Part shown: piece after piece, positions 1 through 10,446 of the stretch
Position numbering within the stretch: the stretch's first letter is position 1
How the letters are laid out: the number at the start of each line of letters is the position of its first letter
From: Vitrella brassicaformis CCMP3155
Lineage: Eukaryota > Protista > Chromerida
Assembly (NCBI GenBank): GCA_001179505.1
Contig: CDMY01000743.1
Span: 1 to 25,232, forward strand
DNA length: 25,232 bases
Direction: 5' to 3'
The notes under the pieces: generated by a model
What the model was told of the DNA's origin: nothing
Seen by the model: only the letters and a program-made list of their open reading frames with translations
The model's database searches: none
Position numbers and translations under genes: made by a program

Positions 1-5
1 GGTCC

Positions 6-1028
6 ATGAAGGGACTCGGTGCCTTCCTATCTGACTTCTTGTCCAACATGCGTGAAGAGCAGGCTTGCACGGAGTGTTGTGTGCAATGTGGGAGCGAGAA
101 GGATGCGTTTTCTTTCGTCAAGGGAGACATTCCATCCATGTTCACCAACATAGATGGAGACAGCGCACTTTCTGCAGCCAGGGAGGTGCTTACCTTTGCT
201 AAGCTCCGCACACATGGTCGGTATATATGTGTGAAAAAAGGCACACGTGTGGAGGGTCGCATCACCAGGCAGCGCAGCAAGAGCAAACGTGACGTGTTAT
301 CTTCTCTTGATGAGGTGGCGCGCCTGATGAGTTTTGCATTGCATTGGCGTGTCTTTCGCATCGGTCAGATCGTCATGCGCCAGCGCACGGGTCTGCCGAT
401 GGGCGGGATGTCTTCCATGGTGATGACCGGCCTCGCTCTGTCTGCTCGAGAGAGGGACTTCTGTCGTGAGCAGATTTTTGCTCGCCGACGGCAAGGCCTT
501 TTCTCGCAGCTGCCTTGGCGGGCGGCTCGTTACGTGGATGACAACCTGTATGCGTCTACTCTCTTATGCCTGTCTTGTCTGCGTCGGGTAGCTGAGTGCA
601 CGTACAGCGGCCGTCTTGCGCTGGACATAGAGGAGGTTGATTCGTCTGTCACTTTTCTGGACGCACACATCGTTGGCACACACGAGCAACCACACATACA
701 ACACACCAGTCGCAACAGTGAGCGTGTGGACACGCTGGCCGACATGCGTGTGACGCGTTTTTTGCCGTTCCTTGGCCGTGTTCAAGGGGAGGTCAGAAGT
801 GTGAGGGGCATGTTTCATGGACATGTGTTGCGTGCGTTGGACTGCTCGCCATCCATTCAGGCAGCTTCGGCGGCGTTGCGTAGGGTAGTAATTGAGTGGC
901 TGCTGATGGGCTATCCGGCTGACTTGCTGTACAGATTTGCATGTGCGACGCCTGTCGTGCATCCACTAGTGGGTGTCCTGCGTGTTGCTTTGCGTTCTCT
1001 TTTGTGCGCACAATACAACCGGGCCTGA
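6..1028 (+). mobile_element. Penelope-like element (PLE) reverse transcriptase ORF, open to the left window edge, no C-terminal GIY-YIG endonuclease
   Basis: PLE-type RT motifs in order: SFVKGDIPSMFTNI (motif A, DxxSxFTN), RQRTGLPMG (B'), RYVDD (C), TFLD (E), then a thumb ending EWLLMGYP. No stop or frameshift in 340 codons. The codon before the ATG (tcc, 3-5) is also open, so the ORF probably starts upstream of the window. Confidence 0.85.
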
Positions 1029-2448
1029 CGTTATGGCTGCGTGTAACGTGTCCACCGTCTCGTAGATCGCGTGCTGCCTTCTCCGCGTTGCTTTTCGCCC
1101 TCTCGCTGCTGTATAACACCCTCATGGGCCCTGTGATCGGTTTCTCTTTCGCGTGAGTCGCCTATCTACCTCTCTGGTATGCATGCGCGTGGAAACACGC
1201 AAAGGGACGAGGGCACGAAAGTGGACGCATATTCGTTTGTTCGTGTGTGGGCTGTGCGCGGCCGTTGTGCTTTCGTCGTGGTGTGGTGTGGCAGGTTCCT
1301 TTTCACACTCTTCTGTCGCGTCGCTGTTCCCTGTGGGTGCTCTCACAACACTATCTGGTGCGCAAGCGTACACACACGTACGAGTGCACACACTGACTGG
1401 ATGGCTGGTATGCACGTGGTCACTATCCTGTTGGTGTGCTGTTCGTGTGGTGCCTCTGGCAGGCTGTTCAGCGCACCACTCTATCGTATCGCTTTTCGTT
1501 CGAGTACTCTTCACACAGTCTGGTGCGTAGTTGGACAGACAGACGTACCACCACGACACACACAGCTTGTCCGTCTGTCTGTCAATCTATCTGTCCGTCT
1601 GGCTGGCTGTGCATGCAATGTCCTCAGGCGTGTTGTTTCCTTTTGCCGGTCGTCTGCGAGTTTGGCAGCGGCAGTTCCCTGCCTTGTCAACGCTCACAGC
1701 GCCCATTGGTTGAGCTCGCTGCATGACCGGCACTGCCTAGTGGACATTCACGTTTGACACGTATTCAGTCAATCGCTCTCGAGTCCCCGTGCTTGAGTCG
1801 ACCTGTGCTGATCTAGCCCATCACCCCCGTATTGGATGGTCTGAGCAGAGCACAAGACAACCAACTACAGCCTCATCAAAAGCTGCACTCCGCCAATACC
1901 GCTTCAGTGTCGGGGTCGGAGTTATCGTGGCGAAAAAGAGGCAAGACGGGAAGGAGTATGTGTTAATGTGCGCATGAAGCGGGCAGCCGACCGGTCCGCC
2001 ACTCCCAATTCGAGTCCGACTGACCGGCAGACCGCCACACTTACACGCAAGACACGCACGGCCCCACGACATATGGATGGCATGCACGGCACACAATACC
2101 CATGGATGAGTCAATCAAGAAACAGATCATTTGCATCAGCATAAAAAAGCAGAGAGATGGAAGAATCTAATTGTCAGCTGACGCGTAAGTGAAGACCCAC
2201 AGACATGCCCGCTTCGCATGTGTGTGTCGGAGAGCACTCATGCATCGCCAGCACAGCAGAAGCACACTTGGACACAGTCGAAAAAGAAGTCGAAAAGACG
2301 CATGTATATGTGTTGGTGTGCACAATGTATACGTGTGTTGGTGCGCACAAATACACGTGGAAGACAAAGATAGACCTCCCCCTCTCATGTATGCGCGTGT
2401 GTCATCGGACAAGTGTTCTGAGTGTTCTGCTGCGCAGAGGTGTCGTCC

Positions 2449-4288
2449 TCAGGGTTTGGGGCCCCAGGTATAGATCACCTTCCACGTTCCGACATTGGCC
2501 GCAGAGACTTTATGTCCACGCTCGTAGGGACGTAGCTCGTCCAGCTCGTGCAGCTCGACGCGGAACCGGTGGTTCTCATCACGGCCTCCGCAGAAGGGCC
2601 AGTCGTCTTCCCTGATATGAATCTGAAGAACATCCAATGAACAGAGGAACATCAGCAATCTGAAATGGATTGTACGCATTGCTCTACTATGACCCGAATG
2701 GGCATCTTCTGGAAGCGAGTATAACAGATCCGTCTCCACCCCAAGGGCCAATTCCTTCCATGTGGATTAGCTGGCAATCAATACACATCGATCATGCCAT
2801 ATGACAGGCAATCAATGCAATCAATGCGCGTTACCTGTGTCGACGAAGTTTCGATCGTCGGCAGGCTCGAAGTACGACCTGTAAGTTTGCTCTCCCCCTT
2901 GTCCAATTGGGAGGCCCCCCAAGCCAATCGTCACGCTCATGTGGTACTCATTTTCACCCCCACAATCATTTGCCGACTCCATGACATACAGGTTGGCCCA
3001 CGTACAAAACTCATGATGTTCAGCACTTGTAGTGTTCCCTAGAGCGTCGTGAGGGGGGGGGTTCCTGGGGTTGTCTTCTCCTCCACCATCCGGAATGATA
3101 TCATCGATCTCGATCTCAAACTGAGGAATTGTATTCTCTGTGCACAGACACAGACGATCATCAAAGCACGTCATTTTGGATGCTCGTCCTCACCCCGGGA
3201 CATTTCATCGGTCGGAGCGGACGCCTCGCCGTTCTCAATGGGCATGCTTTCACCGTAGGACATGCCGTTCCTCTTGGTGGTAGTGGATGGCTCATCGCTG
3301 GAGTCCGGGGCGGCGGTGGTCGGAGCAGCGGTGGTGGTCGTGTCTCCGTAACCTTTGCATGAGCAAGAAAGACCAGAGAAAGAAGGAATGAGCTGACCAG
3401 TTGCATGGCAGTAATGCCGCTAGGTGGCCCATGTCGCTAGACCTCAATCACCTTGGAACTCATGTTGGAAGTCCTCGCAGTTTAATTGCAGCTCACCCAG
3501 GTCTTCTGTCTTGCCGCACCCATCATTGCCTGTCGTCTTGGCTTTGATCTCGACCTTGCTCGGTGCGGTCTCCTTGTAGACAGCGCAGAGAGTCTCCCGC
3601 AGCCATGTGTCGAGGGGAGAGCTGGCCTTGTAATCCTCCTCCACTTTCTTATTCGAGTAGTGTCCCGGCTTGCACACCGATGGGATCCCCACAGGTATAT
3701 CCTTGGTTGCCCAGTGCTCCCTCATGCACTCGTGGGCGACATCTCGCGCTCGCCGACGACAGCGATCCGGAGCATACCAGGGACATTCTCCCTCGGCGGT
3801 GAAGCGACCAATCTTCTTGTTTTCCAAGCCCGCCTCAACTGCGTATCGCACACACAAGGAAGACAGGCAAACAATGATCGACATAGCCGCGTATGTGGCT
3901 GTTCTGTGATATATATTGGCATCGGACTTACGAACGCGAGCATAATAGAATGCCGTGCAGTGGCGCTCTGACGCACACGCAAAAGTACATAGAGAACAGC
4001 CATGTTTCCTTGTTTATATCTGTGAATACATACTGATCTCTTGCGTCGCATTCAGAGCAGGCGCGTTGTCGCCCTCGGCCGGCGAATCCTCCAAAGACAA
4101 GTCAACCTGGTCACCGTCTGCGCGAAGAAGGAGCAGCAACGGAAGAACAAAGAAAACAACATCAAAGCAAGCAATTCTCGGCGGCCAGTCGTGCAGTCAG
4201 CTCACCCACCTTCAGGCGGCAGTCTCCGGAGCTGACAGTTGGCCACGGCCAGGGCGAGGACCAGCAGCCCTGGCACGCGCACCATCAT
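2449..4288 (-). CDS. 8-exon gene for a 438-aa predicted secreted protein of unrecognised family
   Basis: Manual model on the minus strand: exons 4288-4210, 4117-4034, 3967-3932, 3838-3452, 3352-3194, 3137-2835, 2770-2676, 2622-2449. All introns are GT-AG with compatible phases; total 1317 nt = 438 aa + TGA. N-terminus MMVRVPGLLVLALAVANCQ is signal-peptide-like, followed by a Cys-rich domain, a T/P/S linker (GYGDTTTTAAPTTAAPDSS) and a second domain. The exon 7 donor is the least certain junction. Confidence 0.8.
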
Positions 4289-5328
4289 CACGAGAGAGAG
4301 GCAGGGAAGCTAGCGGCTCAGAGAAGGAAGGAAAGGAAGAGATGAGCGATCAGAGAGAGAGAGAGAAGGGAGAGCTGCCGACTGGACGAGGTGCGCTGGA
4401 TGGATAGACGGAAGGACGCAGGCGGGGGAGGGGTTACTGGTCTCTCTCTTCCGTTACGCTCCGCTCCCTCACGTTTCGAATTCGGATGACTGTTTCAAAT
4501 TCGCATGCGGATCGCTTCGCCGATCTACCAGACAATCGAGGAAGAGAGCCTCAGTGCAAATGATGCTCGGAAGCAAGCCGGGTGCTGCTGCTGACCCGCT
4601 GCCTCATATGCTCCAATCTCGACGATATGTGCGGGTGCATACATGACCCACCGCAACTCTTCCTCTCATATATGCCGCCGGGTTCTAGGAGGCCTGCACA
4701 AATGCAGCAAGAGAGAACGAACGTGGGGAACCTTTGGTTGGTGCCTGCCGGCCATGGTCGCCTTTTTCTTTTCCGAGAAGGGACGCACCGGATGCGTAGC
4801 GCGCAGTGGCGGCTGACACCATCCAACCATTCCCATTGCCCCCAGTGCACGTGCACCGATGTCATGTAATGTCCTGCAGCGCGGCCGACCTTCCCACTAA
4901 ATTTTACCGATGTTCGCGGACAATCAAACTCCTCATCATTTATGTAGAATGAAACGTGAGCTGTAAGCGGGCTCCTGGCGACGAGGCTCCTCCAGGACTT
5001 GCGAGCGACCACCTATCATGCCTGTTGGTCCATCACGACTAAATCTGCTTAGCGAGGTCGTTCGTTCGTTCGTTCGTTCGTTAGCCTTTAACGGGCCTCC
5101 GACCCGAGGCAAAAGGAAAGAGTTCGCACGCACTCGTCAGTTCTTTGTCGCATGGACGGACTGCATTTCACAGACACGGATGTGGCAAAAGCATAGGTAT
5201 CACGTGGTGATGGATGGTGATGGATGTGGGAAGAAAAGCAAGGCAGTGACTATCTCTTGATCCTGGCACTCACACCTACACACACACAGACCCGCCCGCA
5301 CACACACACTACGTATGTGTATACACAT

Positions 5329-5330
<2 letters not shown>

Positions 5331-5362
<32 letters not shown>

Positions 5363-5363
5363 T
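5331..5363. repeat. (TG)n microsatellite
   Basis: Near-pure tg dinucleotide run. Confidence 0.9.
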
Positions 5364-5441
5364 GGGTGCAGAGGGGCGGGTGGCGTGAAAGCAACTGATG
5401 CAGTGCCACCAACGAGCAAGCAGGCACGCAACAAACAAAAG

Positions 5442-5664
5442 ATGACAACTTGCATTAATCGTAACACTCGTCTGTGTGTCCGTGACACTCATATAAATAC
5501 AGTCCCATGAGCACGCAGAGTAAAACAGGCTCAAGGGGAGGAGGGATCGATCCCCGCCCCATCAGCACATCCCAGCCCCGCAAACCCCCCCCTCCCTCCC
5601 CCACGCAGACAGTAACTAGTCGCACGCGCGAGGGCGATAGACAAGCGAGAGCGAATCCATCCAA
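5442..5664 (-). mobile_element. 5'-truncated 3' end of a CRE-like non-LTR retrotransposon flanked by a 17-bp TSD
   Basis: Minus strand encodes GWIRSRLSIALARATSYCLRGGGRGGFAGLGCADGAG, matching the C-terminus of the element ending at 21809 (GWIRSRPSIALVRATSYCLRGGGRAFGALGCDGGAG). The 3' UTRs are also similar (ctgcgtgctcatgggactg...aatgcaagt vs ctgcgtattcatgggactg...aatgcaagt). Identical flanks cacgcaacaaacaaaag at 5425-5441 and 5665-5681. Confidence 0.9.
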
Positions 5665-6492
5665 CACGCAACAAACAAAAGTAGTCGCACAGCGGCAGTG
5701 CGAGCAAAAGAACGGAGGTCGTGAAACGCGATATGTCGTGAAACGCTCCTCGCGACGGCGGCAATGCCCTCTTCTTTGAAAGAGTCTTTCCTTGGCGAAG
5801 AAGAGACATTTTGGCGATCATGGACCATAGTCGATCCGCAGCTGTATACTGATTGCTTAGTGACAACCGTGGGGCGGAAGAAAGTGAGCGAGACACGGGA
5901 AGAAGCGGAGGTCTGAAAGAAGAAAAACTCAAAAGAATCAGAGCTTCTCTTGCCTCGATACAAACCTTCACTCTGCTGAAAGGACCGTTCTGACGGAACC
6001 TTTCATGAGTGCGTTCCAATGCGTTCGTCCACTTCGATGTCGCGTGCGTTGAAGGTGGTATTTGTGTCGTCATTCCCATGCATGGCCCATGTCTCTGCCT
6101 CCCCTTTTTCCCTCCTTCCTCGCCCTCCCGCGTTCATGATGGCCTCACACACACTCATGCAATTCATGACGTCAGGCAAGCATGCATACATGCATTCATG
6201 TGGTGATCCAAGGCCTCGTGTATGTTAGAGAATAGGCTGATCTCATGACTCCTCTCGGTGTGCCTTGTTGTCGTTTGCCAGAGAAGAGAGAGAGAGACCC
6301 ATCGGTTTGCCCCCATGTGTTTTCTGACGACAGCCAAGTGAGAGGGGTTTTCTTGACGCATCGCGAGGGTCATTTTCTTACTTCACGTGTGGTGGGTGTT
6401 GTAGGGCAGCGTTGGTGCACGCCTTGATTTCACACATGGATGGGACGGAGTGACCTGCATACATCCATGCATGTTTTCAATCTTGTGATGTG

Positions 6493-6662
6493 AAGTCCAC
6501 ATGTGCATACGCAGGTGTGCGCACAGAGACATTCATGACATACACACACTCCAAGTCCAAACGTGCATGCGCAGGTGTGCGCACAAACGTGCATCCGCAG
6601 GTGTGCGCACAGAGACATTCATGACATACACACATTCCAAGTCCACGCGTACATGCGCAGGT
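6493..6662 (+). repeat. ~58-bp satellite, interstitial block 1
   Basis: Units like cactccaagtccaaacgtgcatgcgcaggtgtgcgcacagagacattcatgacatacaca, the same family as 21861-22128 and 22914-24250. Confidence 0.9.
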
Positions 6663-7184
6663 AGCTCTGCTACCCCATTCTGTGCTTGATGACGCAGCAG
6701 GCTCTTCTCTTGCCGGATCTGGTTCTCCTCACAGAATGCCTTCCACGTACCGGCGATGAGCTCGGCGCCTCCATCGGTCCTCACTGCCTTGGGTATGCGG
6801 CTGGCCATGCAGTAGTGCATGAACGCCTTCGGTGCGGTGGACTTCTTCTTTAGGAAGTAGGCCTGCACATAGCGGCTGTAGTCGTCCATCATGACCATGA
6901 GCCACTTGAATCCTCTCTCGCTGAGCTGTTTGATCTGTGCCAGGTCGACGTGCATGAGATCACCAGGTGCCGAATGACGCAAGGCATCACCAAGGTAGGG
7001 CCGAATCTTCACCTTGGCTTGGACACACACCTCACACTTGTGCTCCTCTCCTTCCTCCTTCTTGCTCCTCTCGACGTCAGGTGCGTTGCGGCACACTTGC
7101 TGCAGTTGGTCGATGGCTGCATCGTTGTAGTGGAGGAAACGCTGGTGAGCGAGCTCCTCGCTGATGACCTCGGCTATCATTGCC
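6663..7184 (-). mobile_element. Ty1/copia integrase fragment (HHCC zinc finger plus DDE core)
   Basis: Minus-strand frame reads AHQRFLH...CEVCVQAK (H-x4-H / CxxC), then MHVDL, MMDDYSR, VRTDGGAE, QNGVAE, the copia integrase signatures. It is truncated right after the catalytic Glu. No LTR, RT or gag nearby. Confidence 0.9.
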
Positions 7185-7240
7185 GCGTGTACTTGGAGGG
7201 GGAGTATGTGATGAATGTCTCTCTGCAAAACTTGCGCATG
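7185..7240 (-). repeat. Single inverted, diverged satellite-like unit in frame with the integrase
   Basis: Reverse complement catgcgcaagttttgcagagagacattcatcacatactccccctccaagtacacgc vs satellite catgcgcaggtgtgcgcacagagacattcatcatatacacacactccaagtcgacgc (~80% by eye). Confidence 0.8.
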
Positions 7241-7246
7241 GACCAG

Positions 7247-7414
7247 CCAAACGTGCATGCGCAGGTGTGCGCACAGAGACATTCATTGCATACACACACT
7301 CCAAATCCAAACATGAATGCGCAGGTGTGCGCACAGAGACATTCATTGTATACACACACTCCAAGCCAATGCGCAAGCCAATGCGTGCATGCGCAGGTGT
7401 GCGCACAGAGACAT
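7247..7414 (+). repeat. ~58-bp satellite, interstitial block 2 (runs into gap)
   Basis: Same monomer as block 1; ends at the N-gap. Confidence 0.9.
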
Positions 7415-7714
7415 NNNNNNNNNNNNNNNNNNNNNNNNNNNNNNNNNNNNNNNNNNNNNNNNNNNNNNNNNNNNNNNNNNNNNNNNNNNNNNNNNNNNNN
7501 NNNNNNNNNNNNNNNNNNNNNNNNNNNNNNNNNNNNNNNNNNNNNNNNNNNNNNNNNNNNNNNNNNNNNNNNNNNNNNNNNNNNNNNNNNNNNNNNNNNN
7601 NNNNNNNNNNNNNNNNNNNNNNNNNNNNNNNNNNNNNNNNNNNNNNNNNNNNNNNNNNNNNNNNNNNNNNNNNNNNNNNNNNNNNNNNNNNNNNNNNNNN
7701 NNNNNNNNNNNNNN
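7415..7714. other. Assembly gap (300 N)
   Basis: Exactly 300 N, as are 12346-12645, 13758-14057, 15488-15787 and 18259-18558, indicating placeholder size. Confidence 0.99.
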
Positions 7715-8172
7715 CTCATGCTTGTTTGCAGTGTGCGACATGTATTTGTTCGCAGTCAATGAGCGTTGTTCATTGGCTTTGCATGTCTTGTTCCCCTTTG
7801 CTTGCTTGATACGGACTGATGCTTAGACGAACTTCGTCGCCCGTTCATGTAACTTGAGGTTAGGCATGTAGAGCCTGCTTTAATCGCTTCAACCATGTAG
7901 AGCACATGACCACCAGTAGCTGGGAGGAACTCCCAGACAACATCAGAGGGTCGGAAAAAGCAAATGTGCCTGCCCTCACGAACATGGCAACGCAGGCAAG
8001 GCACTTCAGCTCGATAGATCCGAGTTCCGAATCCGATTCCCATCTGGCCGCGTCTCGGAACCCGTGATATCGGCAGCAGTTCACGTGAAGGGCGGACGGC
8101 CTTACGGCCTCGTGATATCGCACGATGGATCGTGCTCATATCACTCAGCAGTTAGCTATTCGTTGTTCTCTC

Positions 8173-8282
8173 TGCCTGAGCTTTCAAGCGCCATGTAGCT
8201 TGACAGACAGAAGCTAGGCCAGTCAGCCAGTGGGGTTGGATGGGAGAGATTCCCTTCCGTAGAAGCGCTCATCGCGCCCATT
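8173..8282 (+). repeat. Dispersed ~110-bp repeat, copy 1 (inverted partner at 22130-22242)
   Basis: tgcctgagctttcaagcgccatgtagcttg...agctaggccagtcagc...ggttggatgggagagattccc...agcgctcatcgcgcccatt aligns with the reverse complement of 22130-22242 (~80% by eye). Confidence 0.85.
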
Positions 8283-8720
8283 GGCGTTACTCACTGACGC
8301 GCTGACGCTGACTGATATGTGAATGATGGATGGGAGCGTGCTTGAGATCGAAGAGCCGCCTCGAGATCTGCTGGCAACGTGGCGACAACGTCCTGACGTG
8401 TCCAAGCAGAACCGCGTCGGAATCAGCTACAGAGAGCCAAGCATCTAACCGCAGGGGATTTGCTTAAAGCTTGTTCGTTTATCCCCAGAGGCCAGTGGAC
8501 CTTTTTCTCGGGAGGACACAACATGTCCACCTGAAGCACTACCTGCAGAAAGAGACATACATACAGTCATGTATCGTCTTGTTTACCTCTCCTGCGAGTT
8601 GGCTGTTCTGTGTGCTAACGAGTATCTCCATCAGCAGAAGAACATAGAAGCCAGAGCATTCCGGCTGCACAACGTCAGCAGTAAGCCTTGTCCCTAAGGC
8701 AGTTTCTAGTGTTAGTCCCG

Positions 8721-9655
8721 GTAAGGAGCTTTCTGTCGCCCTGAAGCCGAAGAAGAGGCGCAAGCAGGGGGAGCCCTCTGACCCTTCGCAGCTCTGGATA
8801 GACCACGAAGACGACATCTGCCAGACCAGAGGGGCCTTCCGCCTTGTGCCTGAGGCGTTTCGCCACCGACGCTTCGAGTGGACAAGAAGATACTCGTCTT
8901 GGACAGGCCGACCATCGAAATCGACAAGACCGATGCAAATGGGGAGGCCAAGTACGAGCAGTTGGAACCGACGCCATCTGACGAGAGAGACCCTTTCGAT
9001 TTGTGTCGCTTGATCTCTGCCGCGTACTGCAGGCCTTCGGTTTCGAAAGATGAAGTGCATGCGCATACCACAGGAAGACGGGGCAGCGCTGTGTACGGCA
9101 TTAAGTCGACTCTGTCGTATGTCGGCCTACCGGAGTACGTTTTCTGCGTAGGAAATAGCAAGCTTGTTATGAAGGAGCACGGGCGAAAGACGGGACGCCT
9201 GTGGCAGGCCAGCGAGCCCTTCGTGGTCGAAGGTACAAATCACTGCGGGCACGGCTGTGTGGTGCGTGTGTCGAATAAGAGCCTGTCGTTGCCTTCAGGC
9301 CAAGCGGCATTCGTCGATCGCAAAGGCGCAGGTCAAGACACCGAGACGACAGCAAGCGAAGAGGTCAGGACAAGATAGGGATGCGTTCTGTGGTTCATGT
9401 CTCTGGTCTCCTTGTTTCAGAAGACCATCTTTGAGGCCTGTGCTGAGAGCGATCTAAAGGCACTGATCAGATTCATCGACGAAGGGGGGGTCCAAGTGTC
9501 TCGAACTGGCCGATGACGATGGATTCACGCCCCTCTACTATGCCGCACAGAACGGCCGGCTGATGCTGACGAAGGAGGACGACAAGCGAGGAGGAAAACA
9601 CCTGATCGAGAAGCCGGGCGTGGATGAATTGCAGATGGATAGGTTGCACAGATAG
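8721..9655 (+). pseudogene. Frameshifted gene with C-terminal ankyrin repeats
   Basis: The ORF at 8878 splices in phase 0 (gag|gtcagg at 9364; tttcag|aag at 9421) to KTIFEACAESDLKALIRFIDEGG. Removing one G from the G7 run at 9484-9490 continues into SKCLELADDDGFTPLYYAAQNGRL, an ankyrin TPLxxAA motif. An upstream frame (GKELSVALKPKKRRK, ~8721-8860) needs another frameshift. The 5' structure is unresolved. Confidence 0.55.
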
Positions 9656-9712
9656 AAAGGCACTGCAAGCTTCATCAGTAGTCTGTCAGGCCGGACCTTC
9701 GAGCTGATAGAC

Positions 9713-9790
9713 GGAATGACGGATGGACGGATGGACAGAAGTGAATTTCGATTTGTTGGCGGACAGAATGACGGACGGACAGATGGACAG
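9713..9790. repeat. Degenerate (GGAC/GGAT)n tetranucleotide tract
   Basis: gacggaatgacggatggacggatggacag...gacggacggacagatggacag. Confidence 0.75.
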
Positions 9791-10446
9791 GAGGGACCTT
9801 CATTTTTACGCGCTCTCAGTCTCGTGTGTGTCAGAAAAGGTGCTTGAAAAAGTGACCGACTGTGTGGCTTAGGTGCTTGAAAAAATGACTGACTGGGTGG
9901 CTCAAAAGAGGTGTGCATAAACAAAAGCCGACAAGAGTCGTATGTGTGAACAAACACAGACAAAAGTGGAATACACAGACGTATGCCAAGAACAGTGTGT
10001 ATCTGTATATATACACAGCTCGCACACTGAACACACCATCATGTTCTGACTGTCTGTCCCACCGCTTACACCGTAAGACAGACAGCAAGAAGCATGACAA
10101 TGTAGTTCTTCTGCGTGTAGCGAGCGAGCGAGCGATAAGCATAAGCATATGTACACACAAGGCTCACACACGCCCCATCATGCATCCTGTCATCTGTCCG
10201 AGCAGACAGACAGCAGGAAGCAGACAGCTACGTGTGGCGAGCCAAGTTGGTGAAGAAAGCTATCTTGGGGAGCCAAGTGAGCTTCGGTCCGCCAACGGAT
10301 TGGCAGCACGGCATGATAAGTCCGTGATTTCGCAGATGCGATGAATAGAGGCAGCTGCAGCAGATCGACCTCTAGAAGCACTCACTCCTAAAAAAGGAAG
10401 CATTCACCCTTGTCGGAATCCGCTTCACTCTTATCGGCAGTCGACA

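Noticed and set aside
1122-1757. Overlapping 125-192 aa ORFs downstream of the PLE RT
   Set aside because: Low-complexity GT/CA-rich translations with no GIY-YIG or other motif; probably the element's 3' region or intergenic DNA.
3838-3884. MSIIVCLSSLCVRYA as the signal peptide of the 146-aa ORF
   Set aside because: It is the polypyrimidine tract and acceptor (…acgcag|) of an intron; the real start is upstream at 4288.
4551-5012. 153-aa minus-strand ORF (AHVSFYINDEEFDC...HWGQWEW)
   Set aside because: It could be an exon (acceptor-like ttacag), but I recognise no motif and could not build a consistent gene model.
5316-5327. Palindrome tgtgtatacaca shared with the family B 3' junction
   Set aside because: It lies about 100 bp outside the TSD-defined end of the 5442-5664 insertion, and is likely chance in CA-rich DNA.
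9835-9902. Two ~33-bp tandem copies (aggtgcttgaaaaa.tgac.gactg.gtggct); similar ~24-bp pair at 2302-2350
   Set aside because: Ordinary local duplications with no further structure.
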